64,000 nucleotides of DNA, taken from contig OZ316897.1 in the NCBI GenBank assembly GCA_973895155.1, positions 7,988,470 through 8,052,469 on the forward strand. Reading direction: 5' to 3'. The translations under genes and the position numbers were made by a program. Positions 1-11,448 of this stretch are shown here, piece after piece (the stretch's first letter is position 1; each line of letters begins with the position of its first letter). A model generated the notes under the pieces. The model was not told the DNA's origin. It saw only the letters and a program-made list of their open reading frames with translations, and searched no databases. The stretch is from Marsupella aquatica (lineage: Eukaryota; Plantae; Marchantiophyta).

Positions 1-975
1 GTGAAGGGCCAACGAGGTGACCTCGCCAGGGGGGGCTGGTTTAGGGGGGGCTGGTTTAGGAGAAAGGGCCTGGACAGCCCGACGATATTCACCAGCCTGG
101 GCTAAACGACAAGAGCGACGAAGACGTCTATGCTCAGGGGGATGAGAGTGGCGAGCTGGGTCAGACAAAGCACGGGCGGTAAAAGACCGGGCGCGAAGAA
201 AGTACTCTTCCTGAAGCTGCTCCCAATCTCCCCGCAAAAAACGATGGATACGAGAGGCAGTCTCACGGTGACCCACACGACCACCATGACTAGGGAGGGT
301 AAGAGTCCATTGTGGAAAAAGCATTAGTAAAGACCAGTAGGAGACCTCCATAGGATGCGCCAAGATAAGCTGCAGGAGTTGCAACAAGGAGGACCGAACT
401 AGAGGGCGCAGCGCCATAGGAATGTGGTTATAAAGGCGAGGTCTAATGTACCCTGGATGGTAGGCTGGAAGGGGGTCTAGAGTGCGAACCCAACTCCATG
501 CCTGCTCGGGAGCCTCCAAGGAGGGAGGGGCAGAGCTAACTGGGTCAATAGGGGGCTGAGGCTGGGATTGTGCTTGCTGGCGACGATGGCACCGGCCCCG
601 CCCGCGATGATGAGGGAGGGAGATGCCAATCCATCCACAGTCAGGACAAGTATGCAGGGGACGCTCGTCCGGGGAGGGAGCAGGGAAAGACTGGACAGGA
701 GGTGGGGGTGGAACAGATGTGGACGAGGAGGCCGGAGGAGGATGATGAATGGGTGGAGGGGGAATGGGGTGGGGAGAGGAGCCAGGGCGACGATGGGGTG
801 GGCAGTAGACGGGGGGGACTGGCAGAGCATCGGGCATGGGATCATCACGAAGATGAGAGAGATCCAGTGAAGAAGAGCAAACACGAAGACGGCCACAAGG
901 GGGAGGGGAGGACGGGGGAGAAGTGTGGGGTGGGGCTGGGCGCTTGCCCCGCGCCAACACTCTCAACGTAGACAT
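1..975 (-). mobile_element. CRE-like (RLE-type) non-LTR retrotransposon ORF, 5' part; continues past the left edge of the window
   Basis: Minus-strand frame from ATG at 975 is open to base 1 (absent from the ORF track because it has no stop). It reads MSTLRVLARGKRP, a Pro-rich stretch, a Zn-finger-like CPDCGW...HH...C, then RLYNHIPMALRPLVR...WSLLMLFPQWTLTLPSHGGRVGHRETASRIHRFLRGDWEQL...LAQAGEYRRAVQALSPKPAPP. This resembles the region preceding the RT in CRE/SLACS-type elements. The RT itself is outside the window. Confidence 0.7.
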
Positions 976-1296
976 GACAGGCCGCAACCCGATAAAAGCA
1001 AAAACGCATCAAGAAGCGACAAAAGGCCCAACCGAGGCATGTGAAAAGAAAGGGGAGGCGATGGAGAGAGCCCACCGCATCAGGTCGAGAAACGGCGCCA
1101 CCGCTAGCCTAGGAAACCGTTGAGCAGGTGCAGGAACAGTAAGAAACAAAGCTGAAACGCCCGTCGATCTGTCCGTTGGGGAGTCGACGCGAGTGAAGAT
1201 CCGCCCTCTAGACTGAGCGTGCGACAACAGCTCCCGAAGGCAACAACCAATTGGAGGAGAAGCGATGGCCTAAAGCCGATGTGACTCGCTCATACA

Positions 1297-2290
1297 TTGA
1301 CCCAAATCGAGTCGTGAAAACACCAAGATCGCCAAACGCGCAGCCAATGTGAAAAAATGGCAAAACTTAAATCTGATGAAACTCGCTCAATTGGTTACCG
1401 TTTGGGGCGCAATTCATATCGATCTTCACCGTCTCGCCAAGATCTTTCCAAAGCCGTCAAGAACACCCAGATCCGAAACTCCTGGAGAAAGTTACGACCC
1501 AAATGGAGTCGCGAAATCGCCAAAATGGTCAAACGCGCAGAAAAAGTGAAAAAACGGCAAAACCTAAATCCGATGTAACTCGTTCATAGGGTGACCGTTT
1601 GGGGCGCAAGTCGTATCAATCTTCACCGCCTCGCCAAGATCTTTCCAAAGTCGTCAAGAACTCCCAGATCCGAATCTCCTGGAGAAAGTTACGACCCAAA
1701 TTGAGTCGCGAAGTCGCCCAAATCGCCAAACGCGCAGAAAAAGTGAAAAAATGGCGAAACTTAAATCCGATGTAACTCGCTCATACGGTGACCGTTTGAG
1801 GCACAAGTCGTATCGATCTTCACCGCCTCGCCAAGATCTTTCCAAAGCCGTGAAGAACTCCCAAATCCGAAACTCCCGGAGAAAGTTACGACCCAAATTG
1901 AGTCGCGAAATCGCCCAAATCGCCAAACGCGCAGAAAAAGTGAAAAAACGGCGAAACTTAAATCCGACTTAATGCGCTCATACGGTGATCGTTTGGGGCG
2001 CAAGTCGTATCGATCTTCACCGCCTCGCCAAGATCTTTCCAAAGCCGTCAAGAACTCCCAAATCCGAAAATCACGGAGAAAGTTACGACCCAAATTGAGT
2101 CGCGAAATCGCCGAACGCGCAGAAAAAGTGAAAAAATGGCGAAAATTAAATATGATGTAACTCGCTCATACGGTGACCGTTTGGGGCGCAATTCATATCG
2201 ATCTTCACCGCCTCGCCATGATCTTTTCAAATCAGTCTAGAACTCCCAAATCCGAAACTCCTGGAGAAAGTTACGACACAAATCTAGTTT
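1297..2290. repeat. Tandem satellite, ~197-bp unit, ~5 copies
   Basis: Anchor AAACGCGCAG recurs at 1334, 1531, 1728, 1925 (period 197) and 2113 (shortened unit). Each unit carries GATCTTCACCGCCTCGCCAAGATCTTTCCAAAGCCGTCAAGAAC. Confidence 0.95.
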
Positions 2291-2379
2291 GGACTTTGAC
2301 AAACTTGGGACTACCTGCTTCTAAGGTCTGATACAGATCATCTAAGATCCGGCATTACATCTACAAGGGGTAGGTATAA

Positions 2380-2842
2380 TGTTTGAGTATGGTTTGATAA
2401 GTTGTAACTTAAAAACAAGGTTAGAATACTCTAGAGTTTACATTCCAAAAATCTAACATTCAATACCAGTTCAAAACAATATTTTCATAACTACCTTTTG
2501 TAGAGGTTAACTCAGTCTTGGGTTGAACTATGGTTAGGATGTTAACTAGGGTTAGAGTAAACCCTAGTTGAAGAGATTGATCCTTATCTCTTCAACTTGT
2601 ATGTGGTGTGAGAACACACACTAGAGAGTTCTCAAGAGAGAACACAGGGATATAGCAAGAGATGAGAGCTTGAAGAGATGAGAGCTATGGTGATGCTTGA
2701 GTACACACATAATCGCTAATAAAGCTTGATCTTCCCGTGGACGTAGCCAACCTTGAGGCGAACCACGTAACTATTGAGCACGTGCATGTTTGGAGTGTTT
2801 TTCCTGATCTGATTTCTCCCCACACCTTTCCACATGTTAACA
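2380..2842 (+). mobile_element. Solo or truncated Copia-type LTR remnant
   Basis: CTTCCCGTGGACGTAGCC...GAACCACGTAA at 2731-2770 matches the U5 motif of the Copia LTRs at 53351 and 58977. It is preceded by GA-rich R-like sequence and ends in ...GTTAACA (2842). No PBS follows, no TSD was found, and the left boundary is uncertain. Confidence 0.55.
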
Positions 2843-3964
2843 TCTTAATAATCCTTGCATTAAACTTCAATGTAAGCTTCTCATGACTAAACTCTTGCTT
2901 ATTCACCCCACCTTCCTGATGATCTTTCACCCCTACATACTTCTAATATTCTTTCCCATTTACTTGTATGGCATCAAGAGGTTGAGAGAATGCTTTATAT
3001 GTTGCTTACCAAGCTTATTTATTTTATTTTATTTTATTGCAATTAAATTTCCTTTTAAAATATACTTTATAGCCAACCTGGAGATTTTTCAAATATTGAT
3101 TTTTTTCAAAGCCCACATACTGCCCAAGTTCTTCTTATTCTTTAGGCACCATAAAGGGCATAATCTAGTTATGTCAATATAGCATGTTCGTTCTAAGACA
3201 CAGCTATTTTAACTTATTGACAATAATGTCAATTGTATCCTTTGTAAACTACCAATTAATTTAAATAGTTTATCAAATAGCAATTATAGCATAGTATTCA
3301 AATGCATTAAAACAGTGAATCAAATAAATAAATAGAATAAAAATGCACACCTTTACCGCACTTTTTAGGTGAAAAATAAGTACATAACTTGTAAGATGTA
3401 CCCTAGAGGTCCGTATAGTATTTTGTGTTTGACATCGAAGTATGTTAGCTTTATATTCTAGCTTTGTACTCTACTTTTAGGCCCTATTGAAAAATTCACT
3501 ATTTAGGTGACACCTGTTAACCTCTAAACCATAACGTTTGGAAAGTTTTTCACCAATGGACATATAACCTACAGGGCAACTCTGGTGTTTGTACTAGGTG
3601 CATCCTGGTAAGTCTGACCATCTCGTGCAATAGAGAATGAATGGCAGAAAAAAATTTTCATCAAATACATGATAAGCTATCACAGTAAGACATATCAAAT
3701 CAAATGAAAATCATAAACTTGAAATAATTAAAGGGGTTAGATAATTTGTTAAATTCAAACCAATACAAAGTGAAATGATACACTAGGCCAGATTTAAAAG
3801 AAAATTCAGAACTCATATTTTTAATAAGACAAAATAAGGTAGAAGGTGTTCACCATATAGCAATGTCGGAAAAAATGTCTAGTTATGTCAACATCCAAGC
3901 ATGGATAGGTATAGTTTGATAGAGATGTTTGTGTCGAGAAGCAACATTACTCTTCACACAAGGC

Positions 3965-4310
3965 TTCACACACAAAAGCAACATAGATAGTTGGATTCAA
4001 AACATTTAATGGTGTAAAAGTCTTTGTTTGAGCTAAGAGACCACATGAGTATTCACACACAAAATGAATCTGGATGGTTAGATTCATAACATCTAACGGT
4101 ATGAAAGCTCATTTTCAGTTGAGAGGCCACACGAGCCTTCACACGAGTCTTTACACACAAAATGGATGTAGATCGTTCGATTCAAACCATCTAATGGTTG
4201 GATATTTACAAGGTGACGTGAAACTTTGACATAATTTTCAGATTTACGAAAATCTTTAACTGGACCCGTAACAAAATGCAATTACTATCGCATAACTAGC
4301 CCTCCAAACA
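3965..4310. repeat. Degenerate ~90-100-bp repeats, probable DNA-transposon subterminal region
   Basis: Three units of CACACAAAA...GAT..TT.GATTCA.AACATCTAA(C/T)GGT at ~3968, 4054 and 4153. Confidence 0.5.
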
Positions 4311-4502
4311 AAATGCAACTACTGTCCTAGATTAGACTGGAATACCTTGCTTATAAAGCTTGAACAGAAGCTACAGATGAGTGAATACCAAAAAATGAGT
4401 GAATACCAAAAAACTAATGAAGAGAAAAATGAGTGATATACCAAAAACACAGATGGGGGCAAAAGTATATATGGAAGCGCCAGTAAAGTAAAACGGAAAG
4501 AC

Positions 4503-4635
4503 ATGTTCCCAATGGCAAAGGGAAAAAATGCCACAAGAAGACTAAACACGGTCCCAATGGCAAAGGGAAAAAATGACACAAAAAGACTAACATGGTCCCA
4601 ATGGCAAAGGGAAAAAGGTCAGAAGAAGACTAAAA
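4503..4635. repeat. 44-45-bp minisatellite, 3 copies
   Basis: TCCCAATGGCAAAGGGAAAAA at 4507, 4552 and 4596. Confidence 0.85.
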
Positions 4636-5210
4636 GGCCAAAACGTCCCCCACAAGAAGCAAGGAATAAACATGAATGTGAATAACATATTTAATTACTC
4701 CCCTTTTACTTACATTGCCCCTAAAGATGTTCTAATTTACACATTACCACTATTTAATTACATTTACAAATATCACAGGTTCCGTATTTCGTCAAATTTA
4801 TGTCTTTATATTTGTAAAAAAACCTCTGACAATATTATCAATTTGAATATCTTTAATGACAAATTAATTAAAAATTGTTTTTCCTTTGTACTTTTATTAT
4901 TTTCTCTACTAACATTAAAAAACGGGCATTCAGGCGCGTGTGTATGAATGATGGTCGAACGACAGCTGAACGAGAGCAACAAATCCTCTTCTGCATGCAC
5001 AGGCTCTCTCTCCAAAGGGGGAGATCAGGCACTACAGATCAGAATTGATGAAGCAGCCGCACCAGCGAGCAAAAGCACACGTTTCTATTGCGCGATGAAT
5101 GCGCTAATATCGTGGCGCCAGCGATTGTGAACACATCGGTCAAGGCGATTTCGTGCATCCATCCTGAGGGCATGGAAAAGTTTTGAAACAGGCGAGAAGC
5201 CTGAAGCGCC

Positions 5211-8200
5211 ATGAGGACGAAGACAGGAAACGGATCACTGCCGGCAAACGGCCAGAATGAAGGTCGGTTTTGTTCCACATTCAATGCAGACGACGTTAAT
5301 GAAAATTCGCTCCGTCATGCAGAGGTTGCAAATTAGATGATTGGCGTCTTCGTTCTGATTCGAGTTTTGTTTCGGTTCGATCACCTTCAGATCTTTTGCT
5401 GCTGTCCGTTAGTGTACAATGGCATTGCCCTAGGATTTGGATCTTCAGTAGGGTAGCGAGGCTGTGAGCTAGCCCGTTTCCTTGTCCGTGGTCCTCAAAC
5501 CAGCTGAGGGGATGCAGTTAGGAAGATCTTTCCATCTCCTCCTCATCGTTCACATTCCTCCTTACTTTTATTGATGGGAATGCTGTCCGCTGGGAATATT
5601 TGGAAGCCTTCCGCCCCAGCCCTCCGGCCTCGTATAGTTTTTTCGTATCGATGGAGATTTTTCATGTGATGCGACTGGGACTCTTCACCGTCGGATAGGC
5701 TGATTGCAGTAGGACACCTTTGTGCTTTTGATGGTTTCTGAAGAGTAAAATAAAGTTAAAGAGCAATAAAACGACCGCAGAATCTACTCAAAGAAGGCCT
5801 GGCAAAGTACACCTAAGAAGGGGGGTATGAGTCCAGATAGGACTGTAGGAAAGCATTCCTGTTGGCCTGTCCAAGTCTCATGCATTGACGTAAGGGTAGT
5901 CTTCCCTGGTCATGGTCCAATCTAGATCAGCATGATGGTTTTCTGTTTAAACTGCTTTTCAAGCTAGTGCAGTAGTTCTGCGTAGAATCTTTCGTCCTTG
6001 GTACGTGCTGCCTGAAACGGATGCACTGGCACTGTTCTAGAACTTTTGAGTAACCTTGTAGAACTTATTGACGTCTACACATTGGAGATCGTCCATTCTC
6101 TCCCGTCATGCTGTTGTAAACGCAATGCGCACACGCATATTCAGAAGTTTTCAGCAAATTTCCTGAATGATACGTCAACAGAGATTCCTTACTGTCTTGT
6201 CCAAATGCGCCATGCTCTGAAGTCTAGAAATAACTGGCACATCATCACGGCTGCTTTGATTTGCAGATAACGCCACCAACGTCAGTAAGCATATTAAAAG
6301 GGACCGCCCTGGGACTCTACATTCTCTTGCAACCCCAAACAGAAGTACACGGAATGGTACCCCATCAAAGACTCAAAAGTTTGTTACGAGAACGCACGAA
6401 GCTAGTCCGCTTAAAGATCCTTCAAGCGTTCGGACGGGCTCTTCTGCTTCGGTCAGATCTGCGGCGCCAGCGTCTGGTCGTGTGAAAGTGAGGACTGGTA
6501 AGGTCACTCCAGATACCATGACGGTCATAACTCTGGCAAGACTAAAGTGTAGTCGACGTACATTTGAAGGCGGCCCGATTTCAGAAGAGCGCTTCCGGGA
6601 GATGCAGGCTGAAAGCTACAGACTTAAAAGGGACCTAGCTGATAAGGAAGAATTACAGAAAGCGTGAGCCTTTCATTCTGGATTTCCTTTCTTGAGCTTT
6701 GTCGTACTTACTTTACCCTTTTTCCAAGGTAAGTTTATAAAAATTGTGTTCTGTTCTCTAATACTAGGATTATAAGTACTAGCTCAGTATCTCTTGTCAT
6801 CGTTGTGCGCTCTTCCAAAGAGGAACTGGGATGAGAGTACCCGTCCACCTTCCAACTTCTGCGAATTACAATCATGTGAAGAAGGTTTGAAGATTTCTGT
6901 TTCTTATATGACACTAGTGACATTTCATATCTTATGAAAATATGACACTGGTGTCATTTCATAGCGTATGAAATGCAGTGACTGGAGAAGAATACCCCCA
7001 ATATGCTCTTGTGTAAGCCCTGGTTTTTCATTTGAGGTGTATTATCTATCTTCGTGAGTAATATTGGCAATAAGGCTAACTACGACCTTCTTATACTTTC
7101 ACGTAGGTTTGGTTTGGTTTGATGGGTTGGATAACATGAGTGAAGTACCACCAAAGCTCCTCAAAACAAAACATCATTGCTGGTCCCAATTTTCGTCCAT
7201 GACAGGTTGGTTGCAAGGCTGAATCGAGCGGAGGATTCGGTCAAGCGGACATTTCGAGCAAGCGTGGAAAACACTTCTCTTCTCCCTAAGGAGAAACTGT
7301 CTACCCTCGCTGTCTTGACACAAAATTTCAATACCGAGAAGGTCACAACGAGAACTCTCTGACCTCCAACTAGAGCATGTTATTGTGTGATGCGTGATCA
7401 CAAGGGCGATAGCCTTGATATTTGGACAGTCTTGTTGCACTTTGCAAATTGAGTTTCATTTGCAGTCTTTCTCATTTTCCGTGTTGATCCAGTTCCAAAT
7501 GTTGAATTCCTTGCTCTTTTCTTACAATGGGAAGGAGCCTCAGATACATTTAGCTAGTCAGTGCTTGTGAACTTCTGGCAGAAAATAGCTTTCTCGATTC
7601 TTAGAGTAGTCAGATTGGTTTGTCGTATTTTTCGTCATTGCTGCAGAAAGTTGACGAGCTTGAAGAGAGGCTGAGAGTTTCCCACAGATATAATCTGAGA
7701 TACCTTCAGCATGTTAGGCGGTGTAAGGCAGAGATAGAATGGTATAAGAGACGATTGGATGCAACTGTTCGTGCCAGCACGCGTGCAAGGTCGTGTAATT
7801 GTCAGCTTAGTTTGAAGCGCGACGAGAAGGTCATTTCTGTATCTGTACACGTACTCTCTGAAGTTATTGCTCCCCTAAAGTGCCTAACACAAAGCACATG
7901 CAGCTGAAATCGGAAGAATTGTGTGATAAATTAATTGTAGATATTCAGGGGTCACTAGCAGTCCTCGCAGTTTGTAATTTTCTTCACAAGTGGTCATCAT
8001 TGTGTGCAAGCCCGTTTCTTCAATCTTCTTTTAGAGATTGTCTGCAACTATGTCAGAATTCTGCCAGGCTACCTTCCAGGTAGCTAAGAACATGTTTTGA
8101 CATAGTGCTTTTACTGGTGTTGACGACTTTTATCTCCACAACGAGACGAATTTGGAGGAGAAGGGATATGTAAGAAAGATGTATGAAACATTTTATTCTT

Positions 8201-11200
8201 CCGAAATGTCCATAGATCTTTCACAGGATAGGCTACTAGTGGAGTGATGACAAATGGTGATGGAGGGCAGAAATTTATTGATTCAGTCTGAATATCTCGG
8301 ACACATTATATTGGCGCTGGATCTCATCTTGTACGTTGTGAATACATGTAGATGGTCAAGGATGTCCGAAAGCAGTCGTCAAGCTTACCGAAGACAAAGA
8401 ACTGTAGAAGTTGCTGGGCTACTAGTCAGAGTGCAGTCTTACTAGATGTTTCTAAGCTCTCAACTGAAGACCAAAATTGTCCCTCAGGATTGCTAAGTTC
8501 TCAGGAAGGATTCGGGCCACATTCCCTGGTACGGTAGTCTACATGTCTTAACATCGGCCAAAACTGCTATGATAGATTTCCAAGAGTTGTGAATTATGTT
8601 CTATTTGACCTTCTTGAGACTGTCGAAAAGTCCTTTGCACGGACTTCTGCTATCAGAGTTTGGCAAAGGATGATGGGTTGTGACTTTCGGTTTTTTTTTT
8701 GAGCAAGAAAGGATAAAACATTTATAACTATATTTACTCCAGGAGTTGACCGTTTGAGGGTTAAAATACTTTTGTGTTCTTGTTGAGAGGTTTTGCCATC
8801 CTCTGCTAGAATTTCGTCGTTTTTAATTGTTGTTATTTTTGGAATTCATATGAGAGGAATCTTTCCCTATTCTAGTGATATCTATAACAGAGATAAGAGA
8901 AAACTGCTTTCGATGCACTTTAGCTGTTTCGGCTGGTGGTTAAACCTTGGCATGGCTACGTACTCAATCAGACGAATGCACGAACACTAGCGTGTGTGAT
9001 TGTGATGTGTATCCATGAACCCCTTTAGAAAATGATAAAGAGCACTAGACGCTGTCTTATTACTGAAAGAAACAATTTCATTTCATTTCATGTCATAGTT
9101 AATAATAGGCATGGATAGCACCACCATTCAAATATGTTATTGCATTGCACTTTGAGTGACCTGTAATAGAAACCAAAGGTTGGCAATGTTCAGGACGCCG
9201 CATCTGATCCTGTCCACCAAGGTGACTACCTCGAAGAGACGGAAATGGACGGCAGCAAGGTGCAAAAACAAAGAGAATTTATGCACTCAACGTCACCGAA
9301 GGCAACGGAAACGTCACTGACTGAGACTCTTCAGGAACAAAGCCTGTATGGTAGTTTATCAGCATTTGATGCAACGACTCAGCTCATGGCAACGTGTAAA
9401 AGACTGAAAATAGTGACTCTCAAACATAGTAAGACAACAGAAGAGCTCCGTCTTCTGAAGGTTAGCCATGAGTCGTGCGTACAAAAACTTAAAGATACCC
9501 TCCGCAAACTATCGCAGGTACAGACAACTCAAATCAATTTTTTGTCAGCTGGTCACTGTCTTTAACATCTATCTTTTCTCAAAGTCGATCCATGGTTTCG
9601 GGGCAAGACTACCTTAAAATTTTTAGAAGCACTCTATGATGGCATGGCTAAGGATATTGCGTTCATGTGCAGGAAAGAACCAATTGCCTAAAACTGGAAG
9701 CGGCAGAGAAAAGACTTTCCTCAGAGCTTATGGCCGCTAAGCATTTAGAACCACTGTTGCAACAAGTTCGTCAGCAAAATGTGCAGGTAGGCAGGTGGAG
9801 TCCCATTTTCTGTATACTAACCAACTCTACATATCGAGCTCGAGACCAGAGTCTCTGGCTGCATGCAGGGTCCCCATTGATTGCGTTCACGAGGTTCTGA
9901 GATCTACCGAGTGATGTAGCGTATGAGAAAGAGAGAATTTTTGTGAAAATCTCTTTCTACAACATAAGCCAACTCCCTGAAATCCAGAACGGATAGTCTA
10001 TTAGTACACCGACTACAATCCATTGACTATTGTCATGAAAATGAATGTGATGATGGTTGTCTGTGTTTCTACAGCTGGAAATTGAGAACGCTGAATTAGT
10101 AGCATCGGCTTTGAATGTACCTCGTACAAACTTCTCAGAACTGACAATATTACGTCAGCAATTGGTGGAAGAGTTGAAGCAACGAAAGATTGCCGAGGTC
10201 AAACTGTCGAACGTCTCAACACAGGTAAAACATTGCAAGCAATTATACTCTGTATAAAACTAGCCGTTTCCCCTCGTGTTTGGCAACTCTGTGACTGAAT
10301 ATTGGTTCCTTGTGGTAAGTTTCTTAACAAGTTTGTAGTCATTATGTACAGCTGGAAGACTGTAAGCAAGATTTGGCACGGTTGGCTGTAGTAGAAGCAA
10401 AATGGGAGTTCCTCAAGTCAGAGCTTGTTGTAGCTAAGGCCGCTCTACGGAAAGCTTATAGAAAAGTAAGCCGCTCTAGTTTTGCCCGCTTCGAACAGAA
10501 TAGAAAACATTTATTTCGGCGTATGATTACATAAAAAGAAGAATTGTGGAGGAATTTCTAAACTATTTATGGCCAGGAGATACCCTAATGCCCTTGCGGT
10601 TTGGTTGGTAGATTAAGGAGTTGCAGGATCTAACCAAGAGGCTCCAAAAGGAGATAGACATGAAGGTATGGTTTCCTTAAGCAGACAAGATTACTTTTAA
10701 CGGAGCCTTTTCAAATAAAGTAGGGTAATGTGAATGTGGTTCGCTTGCTCAGCTGCCTTGTAAGGTCCACTTTTTGTCGTAGGATCAAATTCAGAAATCT
10801 TTGTCATCTGATTGAGAGTTTTGGAACTCCGCGGAAGCGTTTCCTTTTGGTGTCGTCAGTGTCTTAACTGTAGTGGTTAATGACCGAATAATGCGATCTT
10901 TGTAGTGATCTGAAACTAGGGAGGATGCATGTGGACAGTCTTACAAGGATTATATAAGTTTCTCTTAAAGTAGACCATGGGATTCAGTAGCTTTATGTAT
11001 TCTTGCACATAAATTCTGCAGATTTGCGTGACATATTTGGAAAATTAAGCTTTCATGGCCTTAAAGAGCTATATTTTGGTTCTGGAAGGATTTCCCGCCC
11101 TGATATGTTCTTGTGATTTTGTTTCTTTGTACTTCAGGGTAAAGGTTGTCTGCAGATGGATTCCGAAACTAATGTATCATGTGGTCCATCTTGTGAAGAA

Positions 11201-11260
11201 GGTATTGACATATTTGGACAAACTCTGATAATAGGTCGAGTCAAATATCTCTCGAAATAA
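5211..11260 (+). CDS. Coiled-coil protein (~607 aa, 11 exons) resembling the N-terminal coiled coil of RPGRIP1L/Fantom (ciliary transition zone); no C2 domains seen
   Basis: Phase-consistent GT-AG model: 5211-5262, 6267-6663, 7206-7341, 7647-7829, 8352-8528, 9194-9517, 9673-9786, 10075-10224, 10352-10465, 10612-10665, 11138-11260 (1824 nt). Segments EERFREMQAESYRLKRDLADKEELQKALVARLNR and LKVSHE...ERTNCLKLE...NAELVASAL recall RPGRIP1L EDRFLRLHDENILLK...MATKLIR and LRISHD...QRLKCCSLE...YDKLYDSAF (from memory). Gene existence is high confidence; the family call is moderate. Confidence 0.65.
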
Positions 11261-11448
11261 AAGTTACCGTTAGAGTTTATCATTTAAAGTTTTACTCATA
11301 CTGTTTATTCTAACTTGTGTCATACAACATACAGTGCGCAGATGACAAATAATAATCGAGAGATTTTGAGCTACTGAATTTTTTCAGTATTTGGAGTTGG
11401 ACGTCATGTTTTTGTGGTCAGTTGATTCATTCATGTCGGCGACTCTGT

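Noticed and set aside
31-60. TTTAGGG telomere-like sequence at the window start
   Set aside because: It is a 15-bp in-frame duplication within the retroelement ORF, not a telomeric array.
1150-1270. HDV-like ribozyme at the retroelement 5' end
   Set aside because: Could not build the P1/P1.1/P3 pairings by eye.
1349-2230. Repeated basic ORFs (MAKLKSD...) or a CRISPR-like array
   Set aside because: Products of the 197-bp satellite; there are no unique spacers and the context is eukaryotic.
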